Counted from the stretch's first letter, positions 1-21,085 are shown. The stretch: 64,000 nt of DNA from Hypanus sabinus (GCF_030144855.1 NC_082723.1:36828001-36892000); one strand, 5' to 3'. Notes: generated from the sequence alone by a model not told the origin. Numbers and translations are program-made.

Positions 1-1534
1 AAATGCAAAGTCAAGCGTCAACCATTTTCTCAGTACCTTGATAACCCTGTGTTTAAACAGCAGGTGCAAAGTGGACAGTGCTGATCATCTTTCTGAGTAA
101 TGTAAGTTAATTGCCCATTGTGAGTTGCTTACTTGTGTTCACTGGTCAAGAAAGTGAAATGCAGCATACACAGACTTGCCTATCCAAGGCAGTTATGCAG
201 TTTCTAACTATCTGTCCTCTGAAGCTTTACAGGAATTGGGATTCTTGGCTATTGTCCCTGAAAAGCCTCATTCATAAAGTACACTTTGCTTGTATATGGA
301 ACTGGGTTAAAGTTAGACTTCCTGACAAGGAAAATAAATGTTTCCAAAGCATCTTTTCTTGATGATGAACAATGACATTAAATCACACTTAGTTCTTAGA
401 ATGCTATACACTGCTCTTGATATTGATGCTAGCATTCAATTTTTCAGTAACATAAAGGAGGTTATTTAGCCTATCATGCTAATCAGTGAGATTGTGGGTT
501 TCTGTAAACTGACATCAAATATTTTTCTATGCCCCATATCTATTAGCTCCTTCAGTGAACAAAGAAATGTCTTATATTTTTGCTATCAAAATTAGCAATT
601 GATCCAGTTGTAGAGAACTTCAAATTTCTATCCCTCTTGAATGTGGAAGATTTTCATTGTCATTTGCTTTTCATTTTAAAATTGCCCCGTTCCCTTTACT
701 CTCACTTGGTAAATATCTTTGATCTTCTCTAAGCCATTAATCAAAACCCCACTTTGCTATCCCTGAAAATTCATTCTTATTTTGTAAAAACAAAAGCTAG
801 CTTTCCATTAACTATTGATTATTTTCCATGTCCGTCCATTACATTTTAATGACTTACATAACAGAACCTTGAGGCTGTTTCTGGTTTTTCACTGTCTTTG
901 TGGTATTTCCACAGCATCTCCACTTGGAAATGATCTCCAGCTTCATAACCACAAACAATCCATCAATTCCTCCAACACTAACCACCTCTGATCTACTTCA
1001 TCCTACTTTGCAGTGCTTTGAGGCAACTGGGAGGTAGTTAAATTGCCTCCCACTTGGCTGTCCAGTATATAGATTGCACATTTCCAGTACTATTTTGGGG
1101 GTGGGGGATAAAAGTGAATCTGTTCTGAAAGATTCATATCCTTCCCAACTCTAATAATATTATAATTAATAGGTAGTTGCAGTCAGAAAGATTTGTTTTT
1201 AAACATAGTTTATTCAATGCCCCTACCATTTGTCTTCAGTTCTGTTTACAGCCATGTCCTGGAAGTTGATCTGATTTGTAGATGCCTATCCATAAAAGTT
1301 GGCACCCTGTATAGACAGTCCATAGACAAACAGGTGGAGGGCTGAATATTGCCCTGGCTGGAATGTGGATTGGGAGACCTGCATGCATATAGGTTAGCTT
1401 TGTTTTTTATGGTTTTCTACACATTTCTAGTATTCTATTTCAAAGTGAAAATTCCTACTCTTGGGAATAAGTTCCAGGTATAACTTTCTTTGCCTTTTTG
1501 TTTTGAATTGATACCTTGATTGTAATTTGTCCCA

Positions 1535-2754
1535 CACCCTATCCTTGCTATATGCGGGGAATATGTTCCTTGCAGTCAGCGCATAGTGTGAAATGCATAA
1601 AGTGAACAATTATTTAAATGGAGGAAATAGGGATGTGTTCTGGAGGGCTTCCTGAACATGTTTTATCTGTAATTTATTTGCATTTTCATACCAATACGAC
1701 ACAAAAGCAGTACCACAAGGCAACATTTGTATTATATTTCATCAATTTAAAGTAATATTCAACATAATAAATCTTGGAAAGTTAACATACTAGGGGTACA
1801 GTACTCACCAACAGAGGCAGGTGTGTTCATTCCGGGAGATGAGTGGTTGTTGTGGTGTCGGGATCATATCAAACACAGCAAAGTGAAGGAAGACTCACAG
1901 AACTCTTAGAACTCCCAGCAGCAGGAGATGACACTAGTTTGAATAAAGTGGTGAGGGTTGTTTGCTTGGCAGCATTTTGTTCTTCAGCATAAATTTGCTT
2001 GTAGGGAAGAAGGGTTGATGGCAGAGAACGTCTGAAATGTTGACTCCGTTCTAAACTTGGGTCCATGTGCATCGCCATTTGTGCCAAGTGTTCCAACTTC
2101 CACCATTCCCTCACCGTTGGTAAACTCCCGGGATTTTCAAAATCATCTGTTGCTTGCAGCATCTGAGAGATAGTTCGCTGTAAAAAAAAACGCCTCGAAT
2201 ATGGATCACACCTTGGTTGAGTGGTTGAATCAGTGATGTTGTGTTAGGTGGCAGGAAACACACTGTTAAGTTAAGATGAATGCTGTCCAAATATCTAGGA
2301 TGGGCTGCCGCATTGTCAAGCAACAAAGGAACTTTAAAGGCAAGATTCTGTTCCCAGCAGTAGCGTCCCAGAGCTGTGTTACCTTCAGCTGTGTATAATT
2401 TCCAACTTTTTTCAAGTGTTAAAGTGGTTCTCTTCCGCTCGGTTGATAGCCCAGGACGTGCCATTGGACGCTTAGGAGGCATAGTTAAATATTTCAAGCA
2501 AAAAATCACTGTACCATAGGTAAAACTAACAAAAAGTTTGAGTGCAAGATCGCACATCCACACCTTGCCAAAACCAAAACGAGACTGGCGGGAGTGAGAC
2601 TGTGAGGTGTGCGCACATGACTTGTATTGGCGGGAAAGCAGTGCTCCTCGCATAACTGAGTTTTGGACGCATCATAAGGAGACATTGGTAGAAATAGGTT
2701 CCTCACATAACTGTGGACCCGCATAGTCTGAACGCTTATAATGAGGATAGGGTG
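1535..2754 (-). mobile_element. Internally deleted Tigger/pogo-like DNA transposon
   Basis: Imperfect TIRs: CACCCTATCCTtgctATAtGCG at 1535 and the reverse complement of CACCCTATCCTcattATAaGCG ending at 2754, followed by TA. Minus-strand remnants include N-terminal MPPKR..RKRTTLTLEK[fs]KLEII (CENP-B-like HTH start, ATG at 2482) and the DDE_1 motif LLLDNAAAHP...FLPPNTTSLIQPLNQGVI. Confidence 0.85.
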
Positions 2755-3532
2755 TATTTTAAAGGGTAATGGTAATGTTTCAACAGGCCAAAAAAAAAAT
2801 AGAAAGCAAGTCTGTCGGTTGTTGTTGAGAGACAATATTAAGGTTTCAGGCATTGGCCCTTCAACTGCAAATAATTAGTTTGAAATATCAGCCTTTTATT
2901 CTCAATACAAATACCGTACATTTGCAGGAAAGTTATCCTTGTAATCTACATTGCCCTTAAAATGAACTGCTTTCACATCAGGTTCATCCCTAGATATAGG
3001 GGTTAAGTACTTGAAGGAATTAGGATCTTGCAGCTTCCTCCATTTGTTGCTGTATAACCATCAACAATTGTGCAACTACGTTTTCCATATTCTGCTGACA
3101 AAGGATTTATTCTAATTTAAAGCTGTTTTGGATATTTCTATTAAGTCTTTGACAGCTTTATTGAGGTAATGGGTAAGATCATTTCCTGAATTAAAGAATG
3201 GCTTACAGCCTTTTAGATAATGTAACTGATGGGTGGTATGGCTGTTGCCCTTTTGATTTAGTTCAGTTCACCTCACTGTCACACCCAAAGATCATCTTGC
3301 GTCAGTCATTGGAATATGAGTCTTGTGATGGTTGTCTCTTTTTTTTTCCCTTCTCATGTTGCTTCCTGCCAAAGACGGCTTGGCTGACTGACATCAGCTC
3401 TTCATTTAGATGATGCTGTGTATTACTTAACTTCTTTCAAGTGATGGCAGATTTATTTGTGGAAAATTGTTCATTGTGCTTATGGTGATTACAGGTGCTC
3501 CTAACAATCCAGTTTTTGCCGCCACGATAGTA

Positions 3533-3763
3533 TAGTGGGTAGCATGATGCTACTACGCCTTGGGGCATTAGAGTTCGGAGTTTAATCATGGTGCCTTTTG
3601 TAAGGGGTCTCTGTCCCATCTCTGTGCACTGCATGGGTTTTCTCCGGGTGCTCCACAGTCCAAAGATGTCCTAGTCATTGTAAATCAGGAGTTGCTGAAT
3701 GGTGCAGCTTGAAGAGCCGAGAAGGCCTATTCCGCGCTGTATCTTTAAATAAAAATAAATAAA
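3533..3763 (+). mobile_element. tRNA-derived V-SINE/HE1-like SINE
   Basis: Central GGGTTTTCTCCGGGTGCTCC..CAGTCCAAAGA V-domain-like block, 3' end CCTATTCCGCGCTGTATCT with an (AAATA)n tail, and similarity to copies at 21596 and 34060. Boundaries approximate. Confidence 0.7.
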
Positions 3764-6114
3764 ACTTCCAGTTGGAAATTTGAATTTAGTCATTGGGCCA
3801 TTTAACAGAAAACAAAATGGGTTTTGTTTTAAATTCAGCTGAGACTTGCATATGCTCAATCTGTTGTACAAGCTATCACCAGCAAACAAAATTTTGCTTG
3901 CTATTCAGTACCACCTGGTGAGAAGAGATGCTTATAAGTGCAGCTTCATTTGTTGTCATTTACACTCCCAATGACAAAAAATGGCAAGTTGCAAAGGACT
4001 GGTGATATACTGAGCAATATTGTTGGGGAGGAAGAGAGAGTGAATACAGCAAACCATTGGTGTTTTTTAAAAAATCCAATCCATTAAACTTGCCTAACCT
4101 TTCAAAAATCATCCCTCCGCCCCCCTCCCCCCCAATCAGACGAACATTATATGTTTGTTCTTCTTGTGGTTAAGCTGTCTTTGGTCTGGAAAAAGGTGGA
4201 TGAGCCTCACTTTCCTGACAATTCAATGTTAAATATTGGAAAACTAAGCTAGTAACAGTTAACAGTCAAATGAGGAAGGCTTATTAAACTGATATTATAA
4301 ATGAGTAAATACGCTGAGTAATTTAACATCCTGAGGATAAGGAGGTACTATCTGCCATTTATATATGTTTACTCGCCTGCTCCTTGATGTTCTGTATTGC
4401 TCAGGTTTGAGATTAGAAACTTGGGAAGAATACCCAAGACAGATTGATGTTCATTTAATTCTTAAGTAATCTTTTCCTTCAACAGCATTGTCCATGCATC
4501 CTTCCCCATTTCTCAATTTTAATGGCCAAAAATTTGCTGAACACCTTGAATATATTTTCCAATGTCAGATCTGGTACAGAATATCAGAATTAGAATCTGC
4601 ATTTTACTTTGAAGTCAGAATTTGTCTTTGGGTCTCCTTAGTTACAGTATCCCACATCATTCAGATATCACTCCTTTTCATATTGGGTCATAATCGGTGT
4701 TATGATATCATTGATATTCTCAAGTTACGCAAAATAAAGGTTGTTTTGAATGGGTCCATTCAAGGTTCACATTTTCCTAAATACTGATCTCTACAGTAAA
4801 AAAAGGACTTGCCAATCCCATCATTCTGGATCCTCCTAACCTAGGCAGACACGTTGATTTGGTCAAAGGGAAAGTGCCACTGCTTTTAACCCATGTCCTA
4901 CAATCTAAATATTAGATACTGCTTATCCAACTACATCTTAAAGTTGCAGAGCCAAATAACCAATGTACTTTAACATCATTGCTTTGTATTTGTTTATTTC
5001 ATTGTTTGTGATCAAATTTGAGTGGGTGCATTTTCTTGCACTGTCCTCACTCCAGCATTGAAGTGCCCCACTTATAAAGGAAAAATGAGACTTTATTCTC
5101 TGAAGTGAAAATCTAGAGTGAATAAATATATTTAATAATTCGTGGGTTTATTTTATATTCCTTCCATTTATAATGGACCAAATGATTTAAACCCACCTAT
5201 TGATGGAGTGAATATTTTCAGATGAGCCATTAAGTTTTCTGTTTAATCTTTATTCTAATCCTTGGGTGACAGATTAAAACAATAAGGATAAGATCTTTTG
5301 GCTCATGAACATTTACTTGTATAACAGTATAACTGAAGAATGGCAAGTAAAAAAAGTGAAAAATTATGTTTTTGCCCACAACTGGGACTTGTTTCCCAGT
5401 CACATAGTACATCTCAAAATTAAATTCTGTGAACTGTTATTCCCATTTACTGTCATTTTCTCTGGGTGAAAGAAACATTGCAGACTAGGAGATGAATATC
5501 CCATGTCATGTGTGCACCCTTGAATGAGAAGATCTGTAAAATACCAAATTGATAGTTATTTTTTAATGGTTTAAATCCTCTAGAAATGTGATATTTGATA
5601 TGTAGCAAATAAAATTTGGATGGCCATTAAATATATAGAATAATGGCACATTAAAAAGTAATTTTATGAAGTAGTATTCCCTTTAATGTTGAATTTCTGT
5701 TAATAATGTTGCTGTTTGTGAGCATTGTCATTTTTGTTAGTGAAAATGCTGTTTGAGTATAGTTTGAAAACCATGTTTATGTTGGTGGTTAAATAGCCTG
5801 CACTTGGGTTTCAGGAATAAAGTTTCAGGAAAAAAAAGCATCAGTCATATCTGTTTCAAATGGTATTTTAAATACATGGCAGTTTTGGTTTACCCACTTA
5901 AACCTCTTGACTTCAGTTTAGATTTTGTGTGTGACTGCACCAAAACACTATGGTAAAGATAGTTACAGCCAGATTTAACATACCTGTGGCTGGAATTTCT
6001 TTAGTAATATTTTCTGATTAGTAATCTGCAGCCCTCACTGACAAGAAGCCCAGGAGCTGCTAATCTTCTGAACAGGATGCTAGGGAAACGCTGAAGTAAC
6101 ACCCAAAATATAAG

Positions 6115-6320
6115 CAAAATGCTGGTGGAACGCAGCAGGCCAGGCAGCATCTATAGGAAGAAGTACAGTCGACGTTTCAGGCCGAGACCCTTCATCAGGG
6201 GTCTTGGCCCAAAATGTCAACAGTGCTTCTTCCTATAGATGCTGCATGGCCTGCTGCATTCCACCAGCATTTTCTGTGTGTTGCTTGAATTTACAGCATC
6301 TACAGATTTCCTCATGTTTG
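6115..6320. mobile_element. Fold-back (palindromic) Penelope-derived mini-element with a hammerhead core
   Basis: Two inverted arms of the PLE terminal repeat. 13-bp TSD CCCA(A/G)AATATAAG at 6102-6114 and 6321-6333. Minus strand reads CTGATGA-AGGGTCTCGGCCT-GAAAC-GTC-GACTG (6198-6166). Confidence 0.8.
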
Positions 6321-7085
6321 CCCAGAATATAAGTATATGTTATATATGGTGTCATTAGCTAATTATTTCTTCTCTAGGGAAGGAAGTTATTTTTTTTTTC
6401 TTGAAGGTATAAAGAAATGAAAGAGCAGTAGTGGCACAAAATCAAGTAACTATATATGAAAATAAAAGCTCTAGGAGTAAAGGAAAATGTGTATAGAAAA
6501 AAATACATGAACATCTATTTATCTCATTTGATGTTGACTGAATGCCCTGGTGGATGGGTTTCATTTTCTTTAAGTTGTACTTTACTCTGGAATGGTATAT
6601 TAATTTTAAATACAAAGGTGCACTGTGCCATTTTCCAATAGAGACTTCAACCCACTCCACACCTGTCCCCTTTCAATTTGAACTATAGCCAAGGTTTCTT
6701 TAATAATCCCCTGAGATGTAATCTGCAGTGCTCACTGATAGGGAGCTAATAAAACTTTCTCAACACCATGCCAAGAAAACACTTGAAATAACAACCATGA
6801 TACACATGCAAGTTAGATAGAATCTCATTAGCTTAATTTATAGAAGTAACCATTCATCTGCTCAGTAGATTTACAATGCCTGGTCTCCCATGTTACTGTG
6901 TAAATTTTAACAAATTTTGAACAATTTTCCCCCCATTATTCCAGTACAGATTTTATTGATTTGTTCTGTCCTTTGAAAACTTAACACTTAATTTACTTCA
7001 ATGAAATAGAGGTAACACTGAATACTTTATCAACTACAATGATACTGGTAGCAGTACATTACCCAACTTTCAAAGCATATAAAAT

Positions 7086-7091
7086 TTTATT
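7086..7091 (-). terminator. Candidate polyadenylation signal (AATAAA) of BBLN
   Basis: TTTATT on the plus strand about 780 nt downstream of the BBLN stop. Another is at 6952-6957. Confidence 0.35.
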
Positions 7092-7869
7092 TCCATTCCA
7101 TTAATTCCACAACCAGGGCAAGACAGTAGTTTATCCCATTTAAAAACAGCAGGTTTCATTATCCTTGCCCTCACCCCAATAGAACAGCACAGTTTTAACA
7201 AAACTATTTAATAAAATGCATCACCAAGCTCTAAATTAGCTGCTCCTGTAGATGCATTGAGAAGGGACATTTAAAGAACAAAGTACATTTGCAAACATCC
7301 ACGTGTAGGCTGGGAATGTTTAAGTAGGAGTACATTCTCCAACTATCTTTTGGACATAATCAAGACGTTAAAAGGGGTGCTTAATATAAGCAGGGTAAAA
7401 ACCCTGATTTGTAAACGGGAAGATGAAAGGATTTTCAGATTGAAATAATTTCCATTGAATCTGCAAGATGTATAAAGTTAGCAGAAAATTTAAGGGAAAT
7501 TGGATTTTCTGGAGAACAATATTAAAAGTGTGTAGCATTACTTACTTAGAACATAAATAGAACTATAAAGAAAACAGCAGTTCTCCTTGAGCCCCGTGCA
7601 GATTCATGGTTAAAACCAAATATTAATGGGTTCCATCAAAAAGCGTTGCTTTCGAAATGAAAACTGCGGAATTGTACTGGTTCTTTAAATAAAGGGGGTG
7701 GGGAGCAATTACACAAAGCCGACAAACGATGTTACATACTGTCAAAAGATGTAACAGGACGCTGGTAATTAAGTTTAACAGGAGTCACAGAAAAATTACG
7801 CAATAACAACAATCAAAGGAACATGATTAGAATCTGAGAGGTCGGTGTCAATCCTGCCGCTTTTGCATC

Positions 7870-8422
7870 CTATTGATTAGTAGCATTGATTTGTTGCTGC
7901 CTAAATTCCATCCTTGCCTGACGATTCGATTCCAACAGTTCTTGAAATTTAGCATTTAGGACATCATTTTTCTCTTCAAGATTATCTAAACAAGAGTTGA
8001 TCTGATCGAGTATCAAGTTGAGTGCATCGTACTCTGCCAAATAGAAACAAAGGCGAGGAAAGGGATTTTTATATTACAAGCAGAATGAGCTACAACAAAG
8101 AATAAACGTTTACACACAGTGACATTTTTGAAGTGTGGTCAGTTACAAGAATCGTCGACACGCACAGCCTCGTTATATATGAAATGGGGCAATTACAATA
8201 ATTGATAGTTATCCCGTAATATCACGAAAAAACATCTTGGGGAGTGCACGTAGTTTTTCAATCTATAGGGAATCCACCGCAGAGAGCTGCGTCCAGCGTC
8301 GGGAAGATGTTTAACAGCAGGTTTACATCCAGGGAACGGGACGGCTGACATTTACCTTCCATGGATACATCGTCATCCTCTCGCTGCACGTTAACGGCCG
8401 GCTCCCCGTTCGGTCCCGACAT
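7870..8422 (-). CDS. BBLN: Bublin coiled-coil protein (C9orf16 orthologue), 76 aa
   Basis: complement(join(7870..8033,8356..8422)) with a GT-AG phase-1 intron. Translation MSGPNGEPAVNVQREDDDVSMEEYDALNLILDQINSCLDNLEEKNDVLNAKFQELLESNRQARMEFRQQQINATNQ* matches bublin motifs MSGPNG, LDQINSCLD.LEEKND and ELLESNRQ. Confidence 0.95.
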
Positions 8423-8429
8423 CCTCAAC

Positions 8430-8640
8430 CCTTGACCTCAATGATCCCGGCCGCTGGGTCCTAATGTGGGTGTCCGGTGACCGCCTGAAGAGTTTACAAA
8501 ATGGTCGTCACTTTTTGCCTTAAATCAATTCAGTTCTTAGTAAGTACAGTATAATTCAGAAAGTTTTCGTTTAAGGCAGCGACGGAGATTATCAGAGCCT
8601 GATCAATTGGTCAGAGATTACCTGACCAATGTTAAAACAT
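8430..8640 (-). promoter_or_regulatory. BBLN 5'UTR/promoter region with inverted CCAAT boxes
   Basis: Local CpG enrichment around exon 1. ATTGGTCAG (8606-8614) and CTGACCAAT (8622-8630) form a 9-bp inverted repeat. Confidence 0.45.
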
Positions 8641-9409
8641 CGGAGGAAAGCAACAGACAGATATTAACTTCAATTACGACAGCATGTGTGATAATAAGTC
8701 AAAATAAGAAATAAATTCATTTATTTTGGGCATTCGCCGATTCCAATTTAGTGATAAAGAATGCTAAGCTCTGTTGCAGCTTGAGGCACTGCAACCAATA
8801 TGCTTACAGCATGGTGCTAAAAATAACACGATGCCATTGAAAAATAAATGTTAGTTCAGGAATTTGTTCAGACTTTGAAGATAATTCACTTCATTTCTAT
8901 CAATGTGGTTCTGTGGATTTGTTTTCAAAGTACATACAGTATATGTCATCACACAACCCTGAGATTCATTTTCTTGCAAGTATACTCAGTAAATATATAA
9001 CAAAATCAATGAAAGACCGCACCAACGTTGGTGTTCAACCAGTATGCCAAAGACAACAAACTGCAATTACAAAAAGAAAAAAATAGTAATAAAAATAAAT
9101 AAGCAATAACTATTGAAAACTTGAGATAAAGAGTCCGTGCAAGTGAGTCCATAGGAGGGGTGGGATATAAAACATCCCAAGTTTGTCCAAGGTACAAAAA
9201 TAATTGTAAGGGCATGTTGTGCTAAGGATATTTGATTCTAAAAGGTTATATAGATAGTTTGAGTGTGTGAGTGAAAACAGTGTAGGGAAATTATGAAGTC
9301 ATGCACTTAGGTAAGAGGATTCTAACCACAGCTGATTATCTAAATGGAGACAGATTACAAATAGGTGCATTGCAGAGGGATCTTATACATGAATTAACAA
9401 TTAGTGACA

Positions 9410-10713
9410 GTTACACAAAGTACATTTTCAACCTCTCACTGCTACAGTCAGAAACTCACCTGCTTCAGAAAGGCAACAATTATACTGATACCCAAGAAGA
9501 ACAGTGTGAGCTGCCTTAATGACGATCATTCAGTAGCACCCACATCTACAGTGAAGAGATGCTTTGAGGGGTTGGTCATGACGAGAATCAACTCCTGCCT
9601 CAGCAAGAACCGAGGCAATTTGCCTATCGCCAGAATAGTTCTAATGTAGACACAATCTCAATGGGTCTTTATGTGGCCACCTGAACAACACAAATGCCCA
9701 TGTCAGGATGCTGGTCATTGACTATAGCTCAGCATTTAACACCATCATTCCTCTGTACCTCCCTCTGCAATTGGATCCTCAACTTCCTAACCAGAAGAGC
9801 ACAATCTGTGTGGATTGGTAATAACATTTCCTCCTTGCTGACAATCAACACTGGCACAGGAATGTGTGCTTAGCCCACTGCTCTACTCTCTCTATACCTA
9901 TGACTTGTGTGGCCAGGCATAGCTCAAATGCCATCTATAAATTTGCTGATGATACAACCATTGTCGACAAAATCTCAGGTGGAAACGAGAGGGCGTACAG
10001 GTCAGACCAGACAATTGAGCGGTGTTGCAGCAACAACTTTGCACTCAACATCAGTAAGACCAAAGAGATGGTGTGGATTTCAGGAAGGGTAAGACGAGGG
10101 AACAGGAACCAATCCTCGTAGAGGGATCAGAAGTGGAGAGAGTGATTAATTTCAAGTTCCTGGGTGTCAAAATCTCTGAGGATCTAACCTGGTCCCAACA
10201 TATCGATGCAGCTATAAAGAAGGCAAGACAGCAATTATATTTCATTAGGAGTTTGAGGAGATTTGGTTTGTCACCTAAAACACTTGAAAATTTCTACAGG
10301 TGTACTGCAGAGAGCATTCTGGCAGGCGACATCACTGCCTGGTTTGGTGGGGGGGGGGGAGGGGGTGCGGTGGCTACAGCACAGGATTGAAAGAAACTAC
10401 AGAAAGTAGTAAACGTCGTCAGCTCAATTGTGGGTACTAGCCTCTGTAGTATCCAAGACAACCTCAAGGAACGGTGTCTCATAAGTGCAGCATCCATTAT
10501 TAAGGACCCCCATCACCTAGGACATGCCCTCCTCTCATTGATACCATTAGGAAGGAAATACAGGAGCCTGATGACACACACTCAATGATTAAGAAACAGC
10601 TTCTTCCCCTCTGCCATCTGATTTCAAAAATTATGTATTGCATCATACCGCTGCAGCTAAATTAACAAATTTCCTGACATATGCTGGTAATATTAAACCT
10701 GATTCTGATTCTG
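9410..10713 (+). mobile_element. 5'-truncated, decayed Rex1/Babar-like LINE (RT and 3' end)
   Basis: Frameshifted RT remnants IILIPKKNSVSCLND..VA.TSTVKRCFE.LV, YKFADDTTIV, LNISKTKE..DFRK and FKFLGV.ISEDLTWS. 3' (GATTCT)n tail at about 10700. Confidence 0.85.
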
Positions 10714-10729
10714 AATAGGTAGTTAATTG

Positions 10730-11134
10730 TCTTTCTTTGTAAAAGTGTTTAACAATAATGGAAACAATAATTTTACAGAGTGTTAGTTAGACCATGTCTA
10801 GAGTATCCATATTATTTCTCTCCTTATTTATAAGAGATTTATTAAGATTAGTTGCAGTACAGAAGAGAGAGTTATTAGTCTTATTCTTGGAAGGGCTTCT
10901 CTATCACAAACAATAAGAAAAGTTGTATTTTTATGAAGCTGACATTCAAGGGGTGAGCTTATTGAGACATATAAATCCTTAGGGGGCTTGACAGAGTATA
11001 TGCTAAGATGCTTTCAGTATTGGGAGACCCTCAAACCAGGGGACAAAATTACAAGATTATGCGCTGGCATTTAAAATTCAGGCATGTAGAAATATCTTCC
11101 CAGAATGCGGTGAATATCTGGAAATCTCTACTGG
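10730..11134 (+). mobile_element. Old CR1 LINE 3' fragment
   Basis: Degenerate GGTGAGCTTATTGAGACATATAA..GGGCTTGACAGAGT..GTGAATATCTGGAA, matching the CR1 RT tail seen at 40036-40569. Confidence 0.55.
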
Positions 11135-11147
11135 GAGTAATTGGGAG

Positions 11148-11467
11148 CAAACACGAGGAAATCTGCAGATGCTGGAAATTCAAACACACATAAAATACTG
11201 GTGGAACACAGCAGGCCAGGCAGCATCTATAGGGAGAAGCACTGTCGACGTTTCGGGTCAAAACCCTGACGAAGTGCTTCTCCTTATAGATGCTGCCTGG
11301 CCTGCTGTGTTCCACCAGTATTTTGTGTGTGTTGTCATAGGTGAGGAGTTGCCTCACCTGGTGGGACTGTTTAGGGCCCCGAATGGTAGTGAGGGAGGGA
11401 GGAGGTGCATTAACAGAATGCCCCTTATAGATGCTGCCTGGCCTGCTGTGTTCCACCAGCATTTTGT
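11148..11467. mobile_element. Composite Penelope-derived insertion (hairpin, endonuclease-region fragment, terminal repeat)
   Basis: Perfect 13-bp TSD GAGTAATTGGGAG at 11135-11147 and 11468-11480. Inverted terminal-repeat arms. Segment ~11353-11400 is the reverse complement of PLE sequence at ~26807-26850. Confidence 0.8.
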
Positions 11468-11894
11468 GAGTAATTGGGAGTCGTGTTACAATGCTTTTCC
11501 CTTACAGAACCAATTGCATGATTATAGGGGCCAATTTTAAAAATCCGTTCAACACACACAAAATGCTGGAGGAACTCAGCAGGTATTTTGGGCTGGTGAC
11601 ACTGAGGCGATTCTCATCAAAGATTAAACGAACTAATTGCTGGCCGTGATTGCTTTGGAGCCGTATTTTGATTTCAACAATGATTGTGAGCAAGACTGCA
11701 ATTTTGCTTTGCACAACCATTATTACTTCGTCTGCACTGTTATCGCTTACTTAGGAACCCTGCTGATCATAAGCTGTTTTGTAGTTGAAATGCCGAAAGG
11801 GCATCTCGGGAGGGAGGGGGGGGGGGGGAGGAGGTGGTCAATAAAATACGTCTCTAAAAATAGCTTGGCAAAAACCTCATTACGTAACTTAAAG

Positions 11895-20899
<9,005 letters not shown>

Positions 20900-21079
20900 C
20901 GTTAAATGTTTTTATGGTTTTGAACGGACCACAGGATGTATCTGGAGAAAAGGAATTTTGTTTAAAAGTTCAATCACAAAACACTCATCCTTTGTTAAAA
21001 GTAAGTGTGAATTAGAGCAATGCTATATCCGTCTCTCAACTCTGGTCTGAAGCAAATACCAGGGCAAGCCTGAAACTAA

Positions 21080-21085
21080 AATAAA
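21080..21085 (+). terminator. Candidate polyadenylation signal of PTGES2
   Basis: AATAAA 180 nt after the stop. Alternatives at 21315-21320 and 22521-22526. Confidence 0.35.

Noticed and set aside
1-110. Possible small plus-strand exon (AACAG/CAG acceptor at about 60, GTAAGT donor at about 102)
   Set aside because: The translation matches no protein I recognise, so it cannot be assigned to a gene.
3335-3413. Polypyrimidine tract plus AAAG acceptor, a possible terminal exon of an upstream gene
   Set aside because: Only short, unrecognisable peptides in all frames.
6115-6275. Hairpin as a pre-miRNA or a DNA-transposon MITE
   Set aside because: The arms are Penelope terminal-repeat sequence and the TSD is 13 bp. 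No known miRNA was recognised.
11637-11894. 86-codon in-frame upstream extension of PTGES2 exon 1 in the ORF track
   Set aside because: It starts at TTG, crosses a poly-G promoter tract and has no homology. The ATG at 11895 has good Kozak context and gives the expected protein length.
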